64,000 bases of DNA, taken from NCBI GenBank assembly GCA_027451365.1, contig DAIDJN010000084.1, positions 32,001-96,000 on the forward strand, written 5' to 3'. How positions within the stretch are numbered: position 1 is the first letter of the stretch; each line of letters starts with the position of its first letter. Positions 60,256 through 64,000 of the stretch are shown here, piece by piece. Source of the stretch: Phycisphaerales bacterium. GTDB lineage: Bacteria; Planctomycetota; Phycisphaerae; WQYP01. The position numbers and the translations under genes were made by a program. Below the pieces are notes generated by a model that did no database searches, had not been told where the DNA came from, and worked only from the letters and a program-made list of their open reading frames with translations.

Positions 60256-61488
60256 ATGATTTTGGGCAGATTTGTCAAATCCATTCTGGCGGCGTCAATC
60301 GCCGCATTTTCCTGTGCACCGCTGTTGCACGCCGCGGGAACGGTGAAGGTGGGAATTCTTCATTCGCTTACCGGAACAATGGCTATTTCCGAGACGTCGC
60401 TTCACGATGTGGAATTGATGGCCATTCATGAAATTAACGCCAAGGGCGGCCTGCTGGGCAAAAAGCTGGTTCCGGTGGTCGTGGACCCCGCATCCAACTG
60501 GAACATGTTTGCCCAGAAAGCCCGCGTGTTACTGGAGAAGGATAAAGTTAAAGTCGTGTTCGGCTGCTGGACTTCTGTAAGCCGTAAATCCGTACTTCCG
60601 GTGTTTCAGGCCGATCATGGCCTGCTGATTTATCCGGTGCAATACGAAGGCGAAGAATACAGTCCGGATATCATTTACACGGGTGCGGTGCCCAATCAAC
60701 AACTTATCCCATCCGTCAAATGGCTGATGTCCAAGGCTGGCGGGTCCCGTAAAAAGTTTTTCCTGGTCGGCACCGACTACGTTTTTCCCCGCACTGCCAA
60801 CGAAATCATGGAAGGTTATCTGCTTTCCCATGGCGTGCCGAAGAAAAACATCAAAGTTGTCTATACTCCCTTTGGCTACAGCGACTACCAGACGATTGTG
60901 GCGGAAATCAAACAGTTTGCACGTGGCGGCCATGCCTGCGTGCTTTCAACCATCAATGGGGACAGCAACGTCCCTTTCTACACCGAATTTGCTAATCAGG
61001 GTCTCACTGCACGCAAATGCCCAATTATGGGCTATTCGGTTGCTGAAGATGAATTGCGCTCCATGGATACCACCCGTCTGGTCGGGCACTATTGTGCGTG
61101 GAATTATTTCCAATCAATCAAGTCTCCGGCAAATAAAATATTCGTTCACGATTTTAAAACCTGGTGTGCTACGCACCATCTTCCCGGCGGAGCGGCCCGC
61201 GTAACAGATGATCCGATTGAATCCGCGTATGTGGGCGTGTATCTCTGGGCCAAGGCGGTGAAGAAATGCCACTCCTTTGATCCGATGAAGGTTGTAAAAG
61301 CCATGATCGGGGAAACCCTCGCCACGCCGGCCGGCCCGGTGAAGGTTTCCAAAAATCATAATATTTACAAACCGGTTTACATTGGCCGCATTATGGCTAA
61401 TGGCCAGTTCCATATTGTTTACAAAAGCAAGTCGTATGTAAAACCCGTGGCTTTCAGTCCGTACATCAGCAAATTCATGAAGAAATGA
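60256..61488 (+). CDS. urtA: Urea ABC transporter substrate-binding protein
   Basis: KVGILHSLTGTMAISE, FGCWTSVSRKSVLP, YPVQYEG, PNQQ, GTDYVFPR, TINGDSN. Confidence 0.94.
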   Translation: MILGRFVKSILAASIAAFSCAPLLHAAGTVKVGILHSLTGTMAISETSLHDVELMAIHEINAKGGLLGKKLVPVVVDPASNWNMFAQKARVLLEKDKVKVVFGCWTSVSRKSVLPVFQADHGLLIYPVQYEGEEYSPDIIYTGAVPNQQLIPSVKWLMSKAGGSRKKFFLVGTDYVFPRTANEIMEGYLLSHGVPKKNIKVVYTPFGYSDYQTIVAEIKQFARGGHACVLSTINGDSNVPFYTEFANQGLTARKCPIMGYSVAEDELRSMDTTRLVGHYCAWNYFQSIKSPANKIFVHDFKTWCATHHLPGGAARVTDDPIESAYVGVYLWAKAVKKCHSFDPMKVVKAMIGETLATPAGPVKVSKNHNIYKPVYIGRIMANGQFHIVYKSKSYVKPVAFSPYISKFMKK

Positions 61489-63353
61489 TGGACATCACAC
61501 AACAGCCATTCGCTTACCGCAATAACCGCTGTCCGGCGGGAGGATACACTCCTCCCGCCGGAGGCTATTTCCGCATTCCATATGAATTATGTCCAGGTCG
61601 GCCGGCTTATAGATTCAAGGCCTGCCGTTGGCGGACCGCGATACTTTACGGCCTGCTGCTATTGGCCATTGCCGCCAAAAGTCAGGCCCAAACGGTAGCT
61701 CCGCAGGCGGCACATAGCTCGGCCACGCAGTCCGTGTCACCCACGATTATGGCTGCCGGCGCACCGCCGACAGTTTTGCAGACATCGGCCATGCTGGTGG
61801 AACTGGCCACGGCGCACGAGGCTCGCCGCCAGCAGATACTTCGTGCATTGGCCAACATGCACACGGCGCAACTTATTCCAGCTCTCCGGGCATATCAAAA
61901 CGGTTTGCTATTGATACAGAACGGAAAGGCCGTTGTATTCGGCACGCCGATTATCAGCCCATCGGCGGGAAAATTATTCCCCATGGAGGATGCACTGACT
62001 TTGCAACCTGTGCAGGGGGCCAACGGCAAACCGATTCTACTGGCAAATTTGCCCGACAACCTGTTGACCGTGCATGACCGTGATGCGGATCTATTAAGCA
62101 TTGCGATTCATTCCATGCAATTATATTCCACCGATATGCGGCAGCGCCGCCGGGCCGTGATTTCCCTCGGGAATTCCCATGACGTTCGGTATTTGCCGCA
62201 ACTCCAAAGCCTTCTGGCTCACGGTGGAAACGGCGTTTCCGCCCGCATTCTTAAGGAGAGCATCAATCGCATTATTCTGGCCACCGGAACGCCCGGCCAA
62301 CAGGTGGCGGCGGCCAGAGCGCTGGGCAGCCTGCATTCGGCCCGGGCGGAACACCAATTAAAGAAAACCATGCGCCGCGCCGCAAAGGCAAAAGATCCTA
62401 CCCTTGCCAGTGCCTGTGCCGCATCCCTTGGACAGATCAGTACTTACCAGCGAACCGTGCGGATTTTATTTAATTCCTTCGCGGGGCTATCGCTTTCCAG
62501 CATTTATATTCTCATGGCGTTGGGTCTAGCGATCATCTTCGGCCTGATGGGCGTGATCAATATGGCGCAGGGTGAATTCATGGCGATTGGCGCATTTACC
62601 ACGCTGGTGGTAAGCAACCTTTTCAAGAATCATTTCCCGGCGGAATTCAACTGGTATATGGCGGCGGCCATACCGATGGCCTTTCTGGTTTCCGGAGCGC
62701 TGGGCTGGCTGGTAGAGGCCACGCTCATCCGCCGCTTGTATGGCCGTCCATTGGAAACGCTGCTTTGCACCTGGGGCTTAAGTCTGGTCCTGATAGAGGC
62801 CATTCGCCTGGTGTTCGGCAATAACAATTCGCTTACGCCGCCAAGCTGGCTTACCGGCGGATGGCGTGTCATGCCCAGTCTGGTTCTGCCTATGAACCGC
62901 CTGTTTATTATTTCGTTTTGCGCCTTGTGTATTGCATTGCTTTACCTGCTGGTGGGCCGAACGAAACTTGGCCTGCTGATTCGCGCCACCACGCAGGATC
63001 GCACCATGGCGGCGGCCTTGGGTGTGCACACGCGCCGCATAGACGGCATGACCTTCGCACTAGGTTCCGGCCTGGCCGGAATGGCCGGCTGCACGGTTCC
63101 GCTGTTTGACAAAATAAATCCAAGCATGGGCCAGTCGTACGTTGTGGACAGCTTTCTGGTGGTGGTGGTGGGCGGCGTGGGAAATCTGGCCGGTGTCATA
63201 TTTTCGGGCCTGGGCCTCGGCTTCGTGGAAAAGTATATTGAACCTCTCACCCACCCGGTATACGCTAAAATCATTGTTCTGATTCTGGTGATCATCTTCC
63301 TGCAATGGCGCCCTTCGGGATTGTTCCCGGCCCGCGGGAGGTCCATTGATTAG
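61485..63353 (+). CDS. urtB: Urea ABC transporter permease with long periplasmic HEAT-like N-terminal region
   Basis: GLAIIFGLMGVINMAQGEF, LYGRPLETLLCTWG, DSFLVVVVGGVG, QWRPSGLF. Start uncertain. Confidence 0.9.
   Translation: MMDITQQPFAYRNNRCPAGGYTPPAGGYFRIPYELCPGRPAYRFKACRWRTAILYGLLLLAIAAKSQAQTVAPQAAHSSATQSVSPTIMAAGAPPTVLQTSAMLVELATAHEARRQQILRALANMHTAQLIPALRAYQNGLLLIQNGKAVVFGTPIISPSAGKLFPMEDALTLQPVQGANGKPILLANLPDNLLTVHDRDADLLSIAIHSMQLYSTDMRQRRRAVISLGNSHDVRYLPQLQSLLAHGGNGVSARILKESINRIILATGTPGQQVAAARALGSLHSARAEHQLKKTMRRAAKAKDPTLASACAASLGQISTYQRTVRILFNSFAGLSLSSIYILMALGLAIIFGLMGVINMAQGEFMAIGAFTTLVVSNLFKNHFPAEFNWYMAAAIPMAFLVSGALGWLVEATLIRRLYGRPLETLLCTWGLSLVLIEAIRLVFGNNNSLTPPSWLTGGWRVMPSLVLPMNRLFIISFCALCIALLYLLVGRTKLGLLIRATTQDRTMAAALGVHTRRIDGMTFALGSGLAGMAGCTVPLFDKINPSMGQSYVVDSFLVVVVGGVGNLAGVIFSGLGLGFVEKYIEPLTHPVYAKIIVLILVIIFLQWRPSGLFPARGRSID
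61532..61562. repeat. Perfect 13-bp inverted repeat just after urtA
   Basis: TCCGGCGGGAGGA-TACAC-TCCTCCCGCCGGA, with no U-tract following. Confidence 0.85.
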
Positions 63354-64000
63354 TTCACTGCCGCCAACCACGACGGCGGTTCCCGCGCCGCCTGTTCAGG
63401 CACGCACACCGGAAGATGCCGTTCCCCGCGTTTCGCGCCGCATCCGCGCCGTGCGCATTGCGGCCATTGGCGCTGTTTTGCTGATTCTGGCCGCTGGCGT
63501 ACCGGCATGTGATCTTGTCGGCTGGATGCCCGACGAGGCGGTTAACACGCTGAGCCGTTATCTCTGTTACGCCATCGCGGCGTTGGGAATTGATCTGATT
63601 TGGGGTTATTGCGGAATATTGTCTTTGTGTCAAGCCCTTTTTTTTTCGATCGGCGGTTACGCCATCGGAATGTTTTTAAGTCTGCCGCAGGGCGGCGGAC
63701 AGGTTCAGGCGGTTTATCACCATATTCCCCAATTCTTCTTTTTTAATGACCGCACGACGCTGCCCGCGTTCTGGAAGCCGTTTGCCTCTCCGGTGTTTGC
63801 CGTATCCGTGGGATTGCTTATTCCCGCCGCTTTTGCCGCCATTTTCGGCTATTTTATTTTTCGCAGCCGGGTGCGCGGCGTCTATTTTGCTATCATTACC
63901 CAGGCGCTGGCTTGGGCAGCCTATCTGGCATTCTGCCGCAATGAAATGCTGCTGGGTGGCTCTAACGGTCTGACAAATTTTTATCCACCGCTCAACAATT
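63346..64000 (+). CDS. urtC: Urea ABC transporter permease, 3'-truncated
   Basis: Manual translation from TTG 63346 (GGGAGG SD) gives IDLIWGYCGILSLCQALFFSIGGY, FRSRVRGVYFAIITQAL, GGSNGLT. Confidence 0.9.
   Translation, partial: MISSLPPTTTAVPAPPVQARTPEDAVPRVSRRIRAVRIAAIGAVLLILAAGVPACDLVGWMPDEAVNTLSRYLCYAIAALGIDLIWGYCGILSLCQALFFSIGGYAIGMFLSLPQGGGQVQAVYHHIPQFFFFNDRTTLPAFWKPFASPVFAVSVGLLIPAAFAAIFGYFIFRSRVRGVYFAIITQALAWAAYLAFCRNEMLLGGSNGLTNFYPPLNN

Overview
Bacterial chromosomal window. Protein style suggests a Planctomycetota (Phycisphaerae-like), possibly acidophilic, organism; this is inference, not a database result. The left part holds gyrB (3'-truncated), cmk-plsC, and a two-component-regulated RND efflux operon headed by an exported His/Asp-repeat protein. 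It also has a degenerate Rhs core remnant, a GH42-like protein, leuB, proS and a transglutaminase / circularly permuted ATP-grasp-alphaE module. A 28-bp XerCD dif-like site lies at 31276-31303, followed by tig, tadA, nrnA, ribF, pyrF, murD and a GH35 enzyme. The right ~17 kb is a nitrogen-scavenging island. A sigma54-type promoter drives an operon encoding an outer-membrane barrel, a BMP-family ABC importer, three isochorismatase-family cysteine hydrolases, a metal-binding cupin, allophanate hydrolase and a UDG-like protein with a degenerate motif. The three hydrolases are BiuH-like, TrtA-like, and a third paralog lacking the conserved substrate-binding Gln. Next come eukaryote-like ureF-ureG and, divergently, sigma54-driven urtABC. 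The two nitrogen leaders share an identical 17-nt SD-occluding element. The best candidate for new biology is the extended biuret/triuret pathway (third hydrolase plus cupin) and its leader-based regulation. No rRNA, tRNA, CRISPR array or intact mobile element was recognised. All calls come from motif recognition by eye, and start codons are best estimates.
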